64,000 nucleotides of DNA from positions 388,322 through 452,321 of the forward strand of contig JAQUQW010000001.1 of assembly GCA_028716245.1 (NCBI GenBank), written 5' to 3'. The translations under genes and the position numbers were made by a program. Positions 28,495-38,666 of this stretch are shown piece after piece. The DNA is from Candidatus Omnitrophota bacterium (GTDB taxonomy: Bacteria; Omnitrophota; Gorgyraeia; Gygaellales; Profunditerraquicolaceae). Within the stretch, counting starts at the first letter, position 1, and the number at the start of each line of letters is the position of its first letter. Below the pieces are notes generated by a model. It was not told the DNA's origin. It did not search any database and saw only the letters and a program-made list of their open reading frames with translations.

Positions 28495-31227
28495 ATGGCA
28501 AAGAAATATGTTTACTCTTTCGGGGGCGGTAAAGCAGACGGTAATGAGAGCATGAAGAATCTTTTGGGTGGCAAAGGCGCCAACCTCGCGGAGATGGCCG
28601 GAAATAAAGATTTATTGCTGCCTGTGCCTCCAGGTTTTACCTGCACCACTGAAGTCTGCACATATTATTATCAGAATAAAAAGAAATACCCCAAAGAATT
28701 AAAAGCTCAAGTTATGGCCGCCCTGGAAAAGGTGGAGAAACTAATGGGCAGAAAATTCGGAGATGCCAATAATCCGCTTCTATTTTCAGTGCGCTCCGGA
28801 GCAAGAAAATCCATGCCCGGAATGATGGAGACAGTTTTAAATGTCGGCCTGACTGAAAAAACTATACCCGGCCTGGTTAAACAAAGCGGCTCAAACAGCC
28901 GTTTTGTTTATGATGCTTACCGCCGGCTGATTATGATGTACTCTGATGTCGTTATGGAAAAAGCCGCCGGTATCGAACCTAAAGGAGAAGAGGGAATCCG
29001 TAAGCAGTTGGAAGTTATTATGGCCCAGCTTAAAAAATCCAAAAACTATACCAGCGATACGGATTTAAATGTCGACGACCTCAAAAAACTCTGCGGACAG
29101 TTTAAAATCAGGATCAAAGAAGTCCTGGGCAAAGAATTCCCCGATGAACCTGTGGAGCAATTGTGGGGCGGGATTGGCGCGGTATTTTCTTCCTGGAACG
29201 GAAAACGCGCGATCAGCTATCGCCGCATCGAAAATATCCCGGATGAATGGGGCACAGCCGTAAACGTGCAGACCATGGTCTTCGGAAATATGGGAGATGA
29301 TTCGGCAACCGGAGTTGCCTTTACGCGTAACCCGGGAAATGGAGAAAATAATTTCTACGGTGAATATTTAATTAACGCGCAGGGTGAAGACGTAGTTGCC
29401 GGTATCCGCACTCCTGCTCCGATCAATGAATATTCAACCTCAAGCCACAATAAAGAACTGCTTACTTTGGAAAAAGCAATGCCCAGGATTTACCAAGAAC
29501 TGTATTCCATCCAGAACCGGCTGGAAAAACATTACCATGATATGCAGGATATTGAGTTTACCATTGAAAAAGGCAGGCTCTTTATGCTCCAATGCCGCGT
29601 GGGTAAACGCAACGGCCCGGCAGCCGTACGCATGGCAGTAGATATGGTCAAAGAAAAAATGATTAAAAAGGAACAGGCGGTAATGCGGGTAACTCCATCA
29701 CAGCTTGATGAATTACTGCACCCGATTATCGACCCTAAAACAGAATTAACGGTCAAGCCTTTTGCCAAAGGATTGCCGGCAGGACCGGGAGGAGCAAGCG
29801 GACAGATTGTCTTTTCATCCAATGACGCGGTAGAATGGGCTAAAGCCGGAAAAAAAGTAATCCTGGTGCGCGAAGAGACCAATCCTGAAGATGTTGAAGG
29901 AATGCGGGCATCCCAGGCGATCCTTACCGCCCGGGGAGGAATGACCAGCCACGCGGCTTTAGTTGCCCGCGGTTGGGGCAAATGCTGTATTGTCGGCTGC
30001 AACGCGATGCATGTTGATACCGAAAATAAATTGGTGCATATGGATAATAAAACCCTTAAAGAAGGGGACTGGGTTACCTTAAACGGAACCAAAGGCAATG
30101 TTTATGAAGGCAAGCTGCCGATGATGGATGCCTCCGAAGAAAATATGATTCTTTCGGCGTTTTTAAAGCTGTGCGACGGAGTAAGAAAATTAGGTGTTCG
30201 TACCAATGCGGATACCCCGGATGATGCCAAAAAAGCATTGCAGTTTGGAGCCGAAGGTATCGGGCTTTTCCGCACCGAACATATGTTCTACGGCCGTGGC
30301 GCTGATCAACCATTATTCCTGCTGCGTAAAATGATTGTTTCCAATACGCTTGAGGAACGGCAAAAAGCCTTGGATGAATTATTCCCGTTTGTGAAAAAAG
30401 ATATTAAGGGAACGATCGAAGCCATGGATGGATATCCTGTGGTTATCCGTTTGCTTGACCCGCCGCTGCATGAATTTGTGCCGCGCGAGCAGGCAAAGCT
30501 TGAGCAGCTGGCAGCCGACTTAAAGATCAGTATGCAGGAGTTATCCAAGAGGGCCGAAGGCCTGCATGAATCCAACCCGATGATGGGGCATCGCGGAGTG
30601 CGCCTGGGAATTACCTATCCGGAAGTAAGCGCTATGCAGATCCGCGCGATTTTAGAAGCAGCCGCGGAATTAGTTAAAGAAGGCAAAGATCCGTATCCGG
30701 AAATTATGATCCCGGTGGTCTGCGATGTAAAAGAACTGGAGGATCAATTTGCCATTGCCGAAAAGATTTATAAGGAAGTGCTGGCAAAATACGGATTGAA
30801 GAAATTGAAATTTCTACTGGGAACCATGATTGAGATCCCCCGCGCGGCTTTTGTCGCCGATAAACTGGCAAGTATCGCCAAATTCTTCTCCTTTGGGACC
30901 AATGATATGACCCAGATGGGTTTTGGTTTTTCAAGAGACGATATCGGCGGTTTTCTGCCGGAATACCTTAAAAAAGAAATCTTGCCTGAAGACCCGTTCC
31001 AAAGCATCGATCAGGAAGGCATCGGCGAGCTGATTAAATTAGGTATCAAGCGCGGACGCTTAACCAATAAAAAATTAGAAGTGGGAATCTGCGGGGAACA
31101 CGGCGGTGAGCCTAAATCCGTGGAGTTCTGCCATAATATAGGTATGGATTATGTCAGCTGCTCGCCTTTTAGGGTCCCGATCGCAAAATTAGCCGCAGCG
31201 CAAGCTGTATTGAAAAACAAAAAGTAA
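28495..31227 (+). CDS. ppdK: pyruvate, phosphate dikinase
   Basis: ATP-grasp N-terminus, phosphohistidine domain (GGMTSHAALVARGWGK), PEP-utilising C-terminus with catalytic Cys (ICGEHGG); 910 aa. Confidence 0.95.
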   Translation: MAKKYVYSFGGGKADGNESMKNLLGGKGANLAEMAGNKDLLLPVPPGFTCTTEVCTYYYQNKKKYPKELKAQVMAALEKVEKLMGRKFGDANNPLLFSVRSGARKSMPGMMETVLNVGLTEKTIPGLVKQSGSNSRFVYDAYRRLIMMYSDVVMEKAAGIEPKGEEGIRKQLEVIMAQLKKSKNYTSDTDLNVDDLKKLCGQFKIRIKEVLGKEFPDEPVEQLWGGIGAVFSSWNGKRAISYRRIENIPDEWGTAVNVQTMVFGNMGDDSATGVAFTRNPGNGENNFYGEYLINAQGEDVVAGIRTPAPINEYSTSSHNKELLTLEKAMPRIYQELYSIQNRLEKHYHDMQDIEFTIEKGRLFMLQCRVGKRNGPAAVRMAVDMVKEKMIKKEQAVMRVTPSQLDELLHPIIDPKTELTVKPFAKGLPAGPGGASGQIVFSSNDAVEWAKAGKKVILVREETNPEDVEGMRASQAILTARGGMTSHAALVARGWGKCCIVGCNAMHVDTENKLVHMDNKTLKEGDWVTLNGTKGNVYEGKLPMMDASEENMILSAFLKLCDGVRKLGVRTNADTPDDAKKALQFGAEGIGLFRTEHMFYGRGADQPLFLLRKMIVSNTLEERQKALDELFPFVKKDIKGTIEAMDGYPVVIRLLDPPLHEFVPREQAKLEQLAADLKISMQELSKRAEGLHESNPMMGHRGVRLGITYPEVSAMQIRAILEAAAELVKEGKDPYPEIMIPVVCDVKELEDQFAIAEKIYKEVLAKYGLKKLKFLLGTMIEIPRAAFVADKLASIAKFFSFGTNDMTQMGFGFSRDDIGGFLPEYLKKEILPEDPFQSIDQEGIGELIKLGIKRGRLTNKKLEVGICGEHGGEPKSVEFCHNIGMDYVSCSPFRVPIAKLAAAQAVLKNKK

Positions 31228-31231
31228 ATAA

Positions 31232-31263
31232 CAGGGGACGGTTCTCTAAAGAGAACCGTCCCC
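31232..31263 (+). terminator. REP-like hairpin copy B (CAGGGGACGGTTCTCT..AGAGAACCGTCCCC) between ppdK and the sigma factor gene
   Basis: 14-bp GC-rich stem seen in sequence, followed by AATAAAAAC; only 10 nt before the ATG at 31274, which has no SD, so more likely an attenuator or processing hairpin than a full terminator. Confidence 0.45.
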
Positions 31264-31273
31264 AATAAAAACG

Positions 31274-32089
31274 ATGGAAGCGTTAAAAACATATCTTAAA
31301 GAAGTCCGGCAGATACCTCTTTTGACTGCCAAGCAGGAGATCGAGTTAAATAAGCGGATCCGCAAGGGGGATGAAATGGCGCGCAAAGAAATGATTCGCG
31401 CCAATCTGCGTTTAGTAATTAATATCGCCAAGAGATACATGCGCCTGGGGACACCTTTTCTTGATCTGATCGAAGAAGGGAACCTAGGGCTGATGAAGGC
31501 GGTTGAAAAATTCGATCACCGTAAGGGTTTTCGTTTCTCAACTTACGCTGCCTGGTGGATCAAACAGGGAATTACCCGCTCAATCAGCGAACAAGGAAAG
31601 ATGATTCGCGTCCCGGTGTATATGAACGACTTGATCACCAAATGGAAAAAGAACAAAGAGAGCTTAAGCCAAAAATTAAAACGCGTCCCTTCAAATGAAG
31701 AGATCGCCAAGAAATTAAAACTTTCCCCTGAAAAAATGGACCAGATTAATTTCTGGATGTCCAGCACCACTTCCTCCTTGGAAGCGCCAATCGGGGAAAC
31801 CGATGAAAATCAGATATCGGACTTAGTGGAAGATAAAAATGCCGTGCCGCCGGACGCCGGCATCCAACGGCTGCTTAACCGGGAAAGGCTGGATAACCTT
31901 TTAGAAATTATGTCAGAGCGGGAAAAGGAAATTTTAAACCTGCGTTTTGGCCTGGCTAACGATAAACCGCAGACCTTGGCTGAGGTTGCCAAAAAACTGG
32001 GAGTTTCCCGCGAGAGGATCCGCCAGATTGAAGAGACGGCTTTAAGGAAACTAAGGAAATTCGTCGTCAGCCAGGAAAAGGAGCTTTAG
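31274..32089 (+). CDS. RNA polymerase sigma factor, sigma-70 family (regions 1.2, 2, 3, 4)
   Basis: Region 2 (LIEEGNLGLMKAVEKFD...FSTYAAWWIKQ) and region 4 HTH (TLAEVAKKLGVSRERIRQIE); 271 aa, so alternative (RpoS/RpoH-size) rather than primary. Confidence 0.8.
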   Translation: MEALKTYLKEVRQIPLLTAKQEIELNKRIRKGDEMARKEMIRANLRLVINIAKRYMRLGTPFLDLIEEGNLGLMKAVEKFDHRKGFRFSTYAAWWIKQGITRSISEQGKMIRVPVYMNDLITKWKKNKESLSQKLKRVPSNEEIAKKLKLSPEKMDQINFWMSSTTSSLEAPIGETDENQISDLVEDKNAVPPDAGIQRLLNRERLDNLLEIMSEREKEILNLRFGLANDKPQTLAEVAKKLGVSRERIRQIEETALRKLRKFVVSQEKEL

Positions 32090-32620
32090 ATGAATAATTC
32101 TCTGTTGGAAAAATCCATAAGAAACATTCCTGATTTCCCTAAACCGGGAATTCTTTTCCGCGATGTCACTACTTTAATTCAAAATAAAGAAGCTTTTAAA
32201 AAAGCCGTTGATTTGTTAGCCAAGAGGTACAAAGCAAAGGGGTTTGATAAAGTCGTCGGGGTGGAGGCGCGGGGATTTATTTTTGGAGCCGCAGTCGCCT
32301 ATAAAATCGGCGCGGGGTTTGTGCCGGTGCGCAAAAAAGGAAAACTCCCCTCTAAGACAATTTCTACGACTTACCAGCTGGAATACGGCACGGATACTTT
32401 GGAAATCCACCAAGACGCGATTGCTCCCGGTGAAAAAGTTTTAATTATCGATGACCTTTTGGCTACCGGCGGAACGGTTAAGGCGGCAACTGAGCTGGTC
32501 AGCCAGTTGGGAGGAAATATCGCAGAAATTGCTTTTGTCATAGAGTTGGTGGATTTAAAAGGAAAAGATAAGCTCAAAGAGTATCCGGTGTATTCTTTGA
32601 TTAAGTTTAAAGGAGAATAA
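32090..32620 (+). CDS. apt: adenine phosphoribosyltransferase
   Basis: PRPP-binding motif [13 protein letters not shown]; 176 aa; ATGA overlap with the sigma gene stop. Confidence 0.9.
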   Translation: MNNSLLEKSIRNIPDFPKPGILFRDVTTLIQNKEAFKKAVDLLAKRYKAKGFDKVVGVEARGFIFGAAVAYKIGAGFVPVRKKGKLPSKTISTTYQLEYGTDTLEIHQDAIAPGEKVLIIDDLLATGGTVKAATELVSQLGGNIAEIAFVIELVDLKGKDKLKEYPVYSLIKFKGE

Positions 32621-32623
32621 TCT

Positions 32624-32697
32624 GCCCCTGTAGCTCATAAGGATAGAGCAGCAGTTTCCTAAACTGCGTGCGGCAGGTTCGATTCCTGCCAGGGGCA
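32624..32697 (+). tRNA. tRNA-Arg(CCT)
   Basis: 74-nt cloverleaf folded by eye: acceptor GCCCCTG/CAGGGGC, D-arm GCTC/GAGC, anticodon stem GCAGT/ACTGC with loop TTCCTAA (anticodon CCT), T-arm GCAGG-TTCGATT-CCTGC; CCA not encoded. Confidence 0.9.
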
Positions 32698-32706
32698 CTT
32701 AACTTT

Positions 32707-33360
32707 ATGTATAACTTACACGCGCACACATTTTTAAGCGACGGTGACCTGCTCCCGTCAGAGGTAGCGGTACGCTATCAGGATAAAGGTTATAAGGTGA
32801 TCGCCATCACCGACCATGCCGACTATAGCAACATCAAACAAACCGCAAAAGCAATTGTGGAATTTTGTAAACGCTGGCCGAAGAATTCCGGAATTAAAGT
32901 TTTACCGGGAATCGAATTAACCCACCTGCCTCCTGAACAGTTTAAACCGCTGGCATCCCTGGCCAGAAAAGAAGGAATTAAAATTATTATTGCTCACGGA
33001 GAAACTCCGGTTGAGCCTGTTGCAAAAGATACTAATCATTTAGCCTTAATGGCTGATATTGATATTTTGGCCCACCCCGGATTAATTACTGATGAAGATA
33101 CAAAACTTGCCAAAGAACGCGGGGTGTTTCTGGAAATCACCAGCCGCCGCGGCCATAAAGAAACAAATACCCACGTAATCAATCAGGCCAGAAAATTCGG
33201 GGCAAAATTAATTTTAAACAACGACAGCCATACTCCGGAAGATATTATTACCCCGGGCCAATTAATCAAGGAAGGCTTGGATTCCGGATTAACCCAAACT
33301 GAAATTAACACAATTTATCAAAATATAAAAGAACTCTTAGCCAAAAAGGAGGTAAAATGA
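32707..33360 (+). CDS. PHP-domain metal-dependent phosphoesterase
   Basis: LHAHTFLSDG...ITDHADY PHP motifs; the track ORF start (32668) lies inside the tRNA, so start reassigned to the internal ATG (MYNLHAHT). Confidence 0.6.
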   Translation: MYNLHAHTFLSDGDLLPSEVAVRYQDKGYKVIAITDHADYSNIKQTAKAIVEFCKRWPKNSGIKVLPGIELTHLPPEQFKPLASLARKEGIKIIIAHGETPVEPVAKDTNHLALMADIDILAHPGLITDEDTKLAKERGVFLEITSRRGHKETNTHVINQARKFGAKLILNNDSHTPEDIITPGQLIKEGLDSGLTQTEINTIYQNIKELLAKKEVK

Positions 33361-33821
33361 AGTTTGCAAAACCTTTTTCCTTTATCTCTATAAGCTGCCT
33401 GCTGGCTATTGCCCTGTTAGGCTGCTCGACTTTTTCCGATAATCCAAAATCCCTAAACTCGGGAGCGCTTGAACCTCAGGCAATTTTAAAATTCAGCGAT
33501 GTGCCGGTGCCTGTAGGCTTAAAATCCCTGCCCCAGGCATCATATTCTTTTGAAAGCTCGGGGGTGCGCGTAGGAGTTTTAAAATACCAGGGCAAAGCCA
33601 ATGCCGACCAGGTAATTGGTTTCTATAAGGAGCAAATGGCGATATACAACTGGAACCTGGTAAACATCGTCGAGTACGGGCAGAGGTTGATCAACTTCGA
33701 ACGTGAAAATGAAACCTGTATTATCACTATAGAACCCAAAGGTAATACCGTAATTTTAACTATTTCTCTTGGCCCAAAATCACAAAATTTGGCTAAAAAG
33801 GCCAGGGCGCCGGTAAAATAA
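33357..33821 (+). CDS. lipoprotein, hypothetical
   Basis: Lipobox LLGCS; ATGA overlap with the PHP gene. Confidence 0.45.
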   Translation: MKFAKPFSFISISCLLAIALLGCSTFSDNPKSLNSGALEPQAILKFSDVPVPVGLKSLPQASYSFESSGVRVGVLKYQGKANADQVIGFYKEQMAIYNWNLVNIVEYGQRLINFERENETCIITIEPKGNTVILTISLGPKSQNLAKKARAPVK

Positions 33822-33971
33822 ACTAAACCGGACCCTGTTTTAAAAAAACTCTTGACAAATATAGAGTTATGTGCAAAAATTATTCAAATGAAATTATCCT
33901 AGGCAATAAGATTATTAGCCTAGTTAACCATATATCCATAAACAGTTAACAAAAAAAGGAGGAGTAAAAAA

Positions 33972-35303
33972 ATGGGTAAACGCTTGATTTTAGTATTAGC
34001 GCTTGCTTTACTAGTCGGCCTGACATTTAGCGCCGCCTACGCAGAAGTGCAGAATGTAAAGGTATCCGGAGACATTTTAGTAAGTGGCGTAGACAGAAAT
34101 CACTTTAACTTAATTAATTCAAATCCGGGAGACAAAAGTGTTCTAAAGCAGAACTTTTTAATGTCTCAGGTCAGATTACGTATTGACGCAGATCTTACAG
34201 ATAACGTCATCGCGACAGTAAGACTGATCAATGAAAGAATCTGGAACGGACAGATGGATTCCGGAGCTGCTAGTACCAATAACCAAAATATTGATGTCGA
34301 CCTCGCTTATGCTACTATGAAAGAATTTTTGTATTCGCCTTTAACTCTAACTGTCGGCCGCCAGGAAATTAAATTCGGCAACGGTTTGGTTATTGGTAAT
34401 TCAAAAATTGCCGGTAGTTCATCAAGCATTCCTAATGACTTAACGGAACAAAAAGCTTTTGATGCAATCCGCGCAACCTTAAACTATGATCCATTAATTG
34501 TGGACTTAGTTTATGCTCAAGTCAAACAAAGTAATTCAGTTGACAGAAACACTGTCAGCCTAACTGGTATGAATGCCGCATATGCTTTAAACAAGAAGAC
34601 TGATGTTTCTGTCTATTATTGGCTTAAGGATAATAACAACAATGCTGCTATCGGTACCAGCAGAGATGATAAACTCTCTACAGTTGGCGCTTTAATTTCC
34701 AACTCTTCGATTGAGAATTTAGCCGCTTCTTTAGAAGCTGCCTATCAGTTTGGCAAAAATACTGAAATGGCTAGCGCAAAAAGGCATGATGCCTGGGCTT
34801 TACAAGCAATGGCAGATTATACTTTTGCCAAAGTTAAGACAACTCCTAAGATCGGTGCTTCTTATACTTTTCTTTCCGGATCTAACACCGGTGGCACCAG
34901 AAATCAGGGTTGGGATCCTATGTTCTACGATCAAAAACTCAACAGTATAGTTTACACGCTGCTACCTTTTTCAAATATGAATGCTTATAATTTAAGAGGC
35001 AGCATGAAACCGGTTGATGATGTTACAGTATCCTTAGTTTATGGATACTATGATGTAGCACAAAAGAATAGCGCGGCATTTACTGCTCCATTCACCTATG
35101 ATAATGGAATTGCATACCTAGGATCTACAGCATATACCGGAAAAAGACATCTGGGTAGTGCGCTGGACGGGTCTATAACTTATGATTACACTGAAGATGT
35201 CCAGTTTGGTTTAACCGGCGGTTATTTTACAGCAGGTGACGCGCTCACCACTAAAACAGCCAATGCAACCCAGTTAATCGGATCAATGAAAGTAATATTC
35301 TAA
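33972..35303 (+). CDS. outer-membrane beta-barrel protein (porin-like)
   Basis: Signal peptide (AAYA-EV), alternating amphipathic beta-strand pattern, C-terminal aromatic residue (..MKVIF); 443 aa. Confidence 0.5.
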   Translation: MGKRLILVLALALLVGLTFSAAYAEVQNVKVSGDILVSGVDRNHFNLINSNPGDKSVLKQNFLMSQVRLRIDADLTDNVIATVRLINERIWNGQMDSGAASTNNQNIDVDLAYATMKEFLYSPLTLTVGRQEIKFGNGLVIGNSKIAGSSSSIPNDLTEQKAFDAIRATLNYDPLIVDLVYAQVKQSNSVDRNTVSLTGMNAAYALNKKTDVSVYYWLKDNNNNAAIGTSRDDKLSTVGALISNSSIENLAASLEAAYQFGKNTEMASAKRHDAWALQAMADYTFAKVKTTPKIGASYTFLSGSNTGGTRNQGWDPMFYDQKLNSIVYTLLPFSNMNAYNLRGSMKPVDDVTVSLVYGYYDVAQKNSAAFTAPFTYDNGIAYLGSTAYTGKRHLGSALDGSITYDYTEDVQFGLTGGYFTAGDALTTKTANATQLIGSMKVIF

Positions 35304-35326
35304 TACAACTTATGTAGAAACACTTG

Positions 35327-35361
35327 AAACCCTCGGGGGAGAAATCCTCCGAGGGTTTTTT
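35327..35361 (+). terminator. rho-independent terminator after the porin gene
   Basis: AAACCCTCGG-loop-CCGAGGGTTT followed by TTTTTT. Confidence 0.75.
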
Positions 35362-35376
35362 CTTGATACTTAAATC

Positions 35377-36924
35377 ATGTTAAATCTTGCCTTTATCTTT
35401 CATATGCACCAGCCGTATTATAAGGACCTCTTAACGCAAGAGAGTGATCTTCCCTGGGTCAGGTTACACGGCGTTAAGGATTACCTGGATATGGTACAGA
35501 TCCTGGAAAAATTCCCTAAGATCAAACAAACCTTTAATGTTGTGCCGTCTTTATTCGAGCAGGTCGAAGATTATAATAATGGAAAAGTAAGCGATAAATA
35601 TCTTGAGTTAAGTAAAAAACCGGCAGCGGAATTATCCAAACATGATCAGGAATTTGTCCTGCAGAATTTCTTTTCCATAAACAACGAAAAAGTGATCTCC
35701 ACTTTTCCGCGTTATTACCAACTCCACTTCAAAAAACACCATCGCCTGGAATTCTTGACCCAGGATTACCTGGACTTGCAGCTTTTGTTTAATCTGGCCT
35801 GGATCGATCCGTCTTTCCGGCAGAATATCCCTGAACTTAAAAAAATAGTCTTAAAGGAAAGATTCTTTAATGAACAGGATAAGGCAACTGTCCTGGATAA
35901 ACAGTTAAGCATCTTAAAAGAAATTATCCCTGCCTACTGCCTTTTTAAACAGAATAACCAGATTGAGATCAGCGTTACTCCTTATTATCATCCCATCTTG
36001 CCGCTTCTTTGCTCGACGAACACCGCCAAAGAAGCAAACCATAAAACAATCTTGCCCAAAGAAGAGTTTCGCTATCCGCAAGACGCAAAAGATCAAATTG
36101 ACAGCGCAGTAAAATATTATCGGGAGAGGTTTGGCTGTCCGCCGCACGGTATGTGGCCGTCGGAAGAAGGAGTAAGCGAAGAGATCCTGCCGTTTATTAT
36201 TAAATCCGGGATAAAGTGGGTAGTTACCGACGAGGCAATTTTATTTAAATCTTTAAAGATAAAAAAACGTGACACTAAGCTCCTTTATCAGCCTCACCTG
36301 TTAAAAAGGAAGGAGGGGGAGCTGAATATTGTTTTTCGCGACCGCAACCTCTCGGATTTAATCGGTTTCTCTTATCACAAGATGAAAGAAACTGAGGCGG
36401 TAAATAACTTTATGGCGCATTTGGAAAATATCCACAAAACCTTCAAAAACAAGGATATCCTGGTAACCGTAGCCATGGACGGAGAAAACGCCTGGGAATA
36501 TTTCCGCAATGACGGCCATGATTTCCTGGAATTATTTTATAAACATCTATCCGAAGCGCCTTTTGTAAAAACTACCACCGTCAGCGAATATTTAAAAAAT
36601 AACCCGCCGGAAAAATCAGAAATAAAACACTTAAGCGCGGGCAGCTGGATCTATGGAGAATTCGGCAAATGGATCGGCAGCCCCTATAAAGTAAAAGCCT
36701 GGGAGTGGCTGACGCAGGCGCGCAAAGCAATAAAAGAAACTAAAGAACCAGGCGAGCTGGCCTGGAAGCAAATGTATATCTTAGAGGGCAGTGATTGGTT
36801 CTGGTGGGCAGGAGAAGACCCGGATGGCTCATTTGACCGGCTGTTCAGGCTGCACCTGACTAACTTTTATAAGCTAATTGACAAAGAGCCGCCGGCATAT
36901 CTCTCCAAGCCCTTAACCCCTTGA
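35377..36924 (+). CDS. glycoside hydrolase family 57 (alpha-glucan branching/amylase type)
   Basis: GH57 N-terminal signature FHMHQPYY and a typical 515-aa length. Confidence 0.85.
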   Translation: MLNLAFIFHMHQPYYKDLLTQESDLPWVRLHGVKDYLDMVQILEKFPKIKQTFNVVPSLFEQVEDYNNGKVSDKYLELSKKPAAELSKHDQEFVLQNFFSINNEKVISTFPRYYQLHFKKHHRLEFLTQDYLDLQLLFNLAWIDPSFRQNIPELKKIVLKERFFNEQDKATVLDKQLSILKEIIPAYCLFKQNNQIEISVTPYYHPILPLLCSTNTAKEANHKTILPKEEFRYPQDAKDQIDSAVKYYRERFGCPPHGMWPSEEGVSEEILPFIIKSGIKWVVTDEAILFKSLKIKKRDTKLLYQPHLLKRKEGELNIVFRDRNLSDLIGFSYHKMKETEAVNNFMAHLENIHKTFKNKDILVTVAMDGENAWEYFRNDGHDFLELFYKHLSEAPFVKTTTVSEYLKNNPPEKSEIKHLSAGSWIYGEFGKWIGSPYKVKAWEWLTQARKAIKETKEPGELAWKQMYILEGSDWFWWAGEDPDGSFDRLFRLHLTNFYKLIDKEPPAYLSKPLTP

Positions 36925-36959
36925 CATAGATAGGGTTTTGTGTTATAAGATATATTCAA

Positions 36960-37532
36960 ATGAATAAGAAAGAAATCTACGAACATCTGGCGAATATTTA
37001 TCTGGATGCCTCTTCTAAATCATCAAAGAAAAAAAATAAATTCAGCCCTTATCCTAAAGCAATATGGGGCATCGTAATTTTGGGATTGGTAACCGCCTTA
37101 GGTTTAGGCAGCGCGGTTACTTATTTCCATATTAATAACCGCAGTCCCAAAGGGCAAATCGCCTTATTTTTATATCAAGATTCGGCTAAAATAAATTTTA
37201 ACTTTGATCCCGCCAAAAGAGAAACTTTTTCCATCAACCTTAAACAATTAAATTTATCCAAATATAAAGCCTTGGCCTTTAGCGTAAGAAAAACTAACTC
37301 TAAAGATATAATTTCATTAAGGGTGGAATTTATTAACCGCTTTAATGAAAAATCCGAAGTTTACGTGAAAGATATTTCCGGTAAATGGACGCAGGAAAAC
37401 TTGGATTTTAGCCGTTTTGCTAAAATGAACGACTGGACCCAGATGAAGGCATTGGCTTTTAGCATTGAAGAATGGAACGCCCGCGAAAAATCAGGCATAG
37501 TTTATCTTGATAATATAAAGGTAATCAAATAA
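36960..37532 (+). CDS. membrane-anchored protein with internally repeated beta-rich ectodomain (possible carbohydrate-binding module)
   Basis: Basic N-terminus, one TM, two repeats (KYKALAFSVRK / QMKALAFSIEE); ends in a CBM-like ..IVYLDNIKVIK. Confidence 0.35.
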   Translation: MNKKEIYEHLANIYLDASSKSSKKKNKFSPYPKAIWGIVILGLVTALGLGSAVTYFHINNRSPKGQIALFLYQDSAKINFNFDPAKRETFSINLKQLNLSKYKALAFSVRKTNSKDIISLRVEFINRFNEKSEVYVKDISGKWTQENLDFSRFAKMNDWTQMKALAFSIEEWNAREKSGIVYLDNIKVIK

Positions 37533-37547
37533 TAAGAAGGAGGATGA

Positions 37548-38642
37548 ATGCGCATAATTTCAATTGCTAATCAAAAAGGCGGCTGCGGCAAAACAACTAC
37601 ATCCATAAATTTAGCTGCCTCACTGGCATCCAATAGCCGCCGCGTCCTGCTTATTGATCTTGACCCGCAAGCCCATGCCACCAGCGGCTTAAACATCAAA
37701 GCGGAATTAAGTATCTACAATGTCCTTTCTAAAATCACGCATAAAAAAGCAAGGATTGACGAAATTATCCAGAACATCGGAGTTAATTTTGATATCGCCC
37801 CATCTTCGATTATTTTAAGCACGCTGGAACAGGAGTTAAGCGGTGAAATCGGAAGAGAGAGCCGCCTTTGGGATATCTTAAAAAGTTTTCAGAACAACTA
37901 CGATTACATTTTAATCGATTGCCCTCCAAACCTGGGGATCCTGACCATTAACGCCTTGCGGGCGGCAAACGAAATTATTATTCCGGTTGAAGCCAGCAGG
38001 TTCTCCTTAGAAGGGGTAAGCCAGTTAACCAGCATTATTAACCTGGTCAAAGAAAGGTTAAACCATAGCGTGGATTTCCGGATCCTGGTAACCAACTTTG
38101 ATTCCCGGCTGCAGCATTCGTTTAAAATGCTTGAGAAAATCAAGACTGACTACAAAAACAGAATGTTCTCTAACATTATCCACGTGAATGTAAAATTAAA
38201 GGAAGCCCAAAACGAAGGCCTGCATATACATGTTTACGATAAATACTGCCGGGGGGCAAAAGATTATTTCTCGCTTTCCCGTGAAATTATCACCCAGGAA
38301 AATACGCCTCCTGCGCCTGTTCCGCCAACAGAAAAAAACCTGGAAAAACGCATGCAAGATATCCTTAAGGAGAACCTGCCAAAATTAAATGAAACTGTTC
38401 TTTCGGTTAAAGCTCCTGATGCAAAAGAAGTTTATTTGGCGGGAGAATTCAACAACTGGAAGCTTGATGAACACAGCCGCATGGAGCAGAATAACGGCTG
38501 TTGGACCAAACACCTGGCCTTAAATAAGGGTAAATACCGTTACCGTTTCGTAATCGATGGAAATTGGGCCGAAGACCCGGAGAACCCATCAAGGCAAATG
38601 AATGCTTACGGCACCATGGATTCGTTGATTGAAATTAATTAG
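37548..38642 (+). CDS. ParA/MinD-family ATPase fused to a C-terminal CBM48 (AMPK-beta glycogen-binding) domain
   Basis: Deviant Walker A KGGCGKTTT and ParA body (about 250 aa), a Pro-rich linker, then CBM48 signature VYLAGEFNNWK...GKYRYRFVIDGNWAEDPENP. Confidence 0.75.
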   Translation: MRIISIANQKGGCGKTTTSINLAASLASNSRRVLLIDLDPQAHATSGLNIKAELSIYNVLSKITHKKARIDEIIQNIGVNFDIAPSSIILSTLEQELSGEIGRESRLWDILKSFQNNYDYILIDCPPNLGILTINALRAANEIIIPVEASRFSLEGVSQLTSIINLVKERLNHSVDFRILVTNFDSRLQHSFKMLEKIKTDYKNRMFSNIIHVNVKLKEAQNEGLHIHVYDKYCRGAKDYFSLSREIITQENTPPAPVPPTEKNLEKRMQDILKENLPKLNETVLSVKAPDAKEVYLAGEFNNWKLDEHSRMEQNNGCWTKHLALNKGKYRYRFVIDGNWAEDPENPSRQMNAYGTMDSLIEIN

Positions 38643-38666
38643 CAGGTAAAAAATAGGAGAGTTAGT

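Noticed and set aside
29532-30098. 188-aa minus-strand ORF and several neighbours at 30074-31007
   Set aside because: All antisense to ppdK, whose homology is unambiguous. Their products are Ser/Cys/Arg-rich antisense artefacts.
32668-32706. Track start of the PHP-domain ORF at 32668
   Set aside because: These codons lie within the tRNA-Arg gene (32624-32697). Start moved to the in-frame ATG at 32707.
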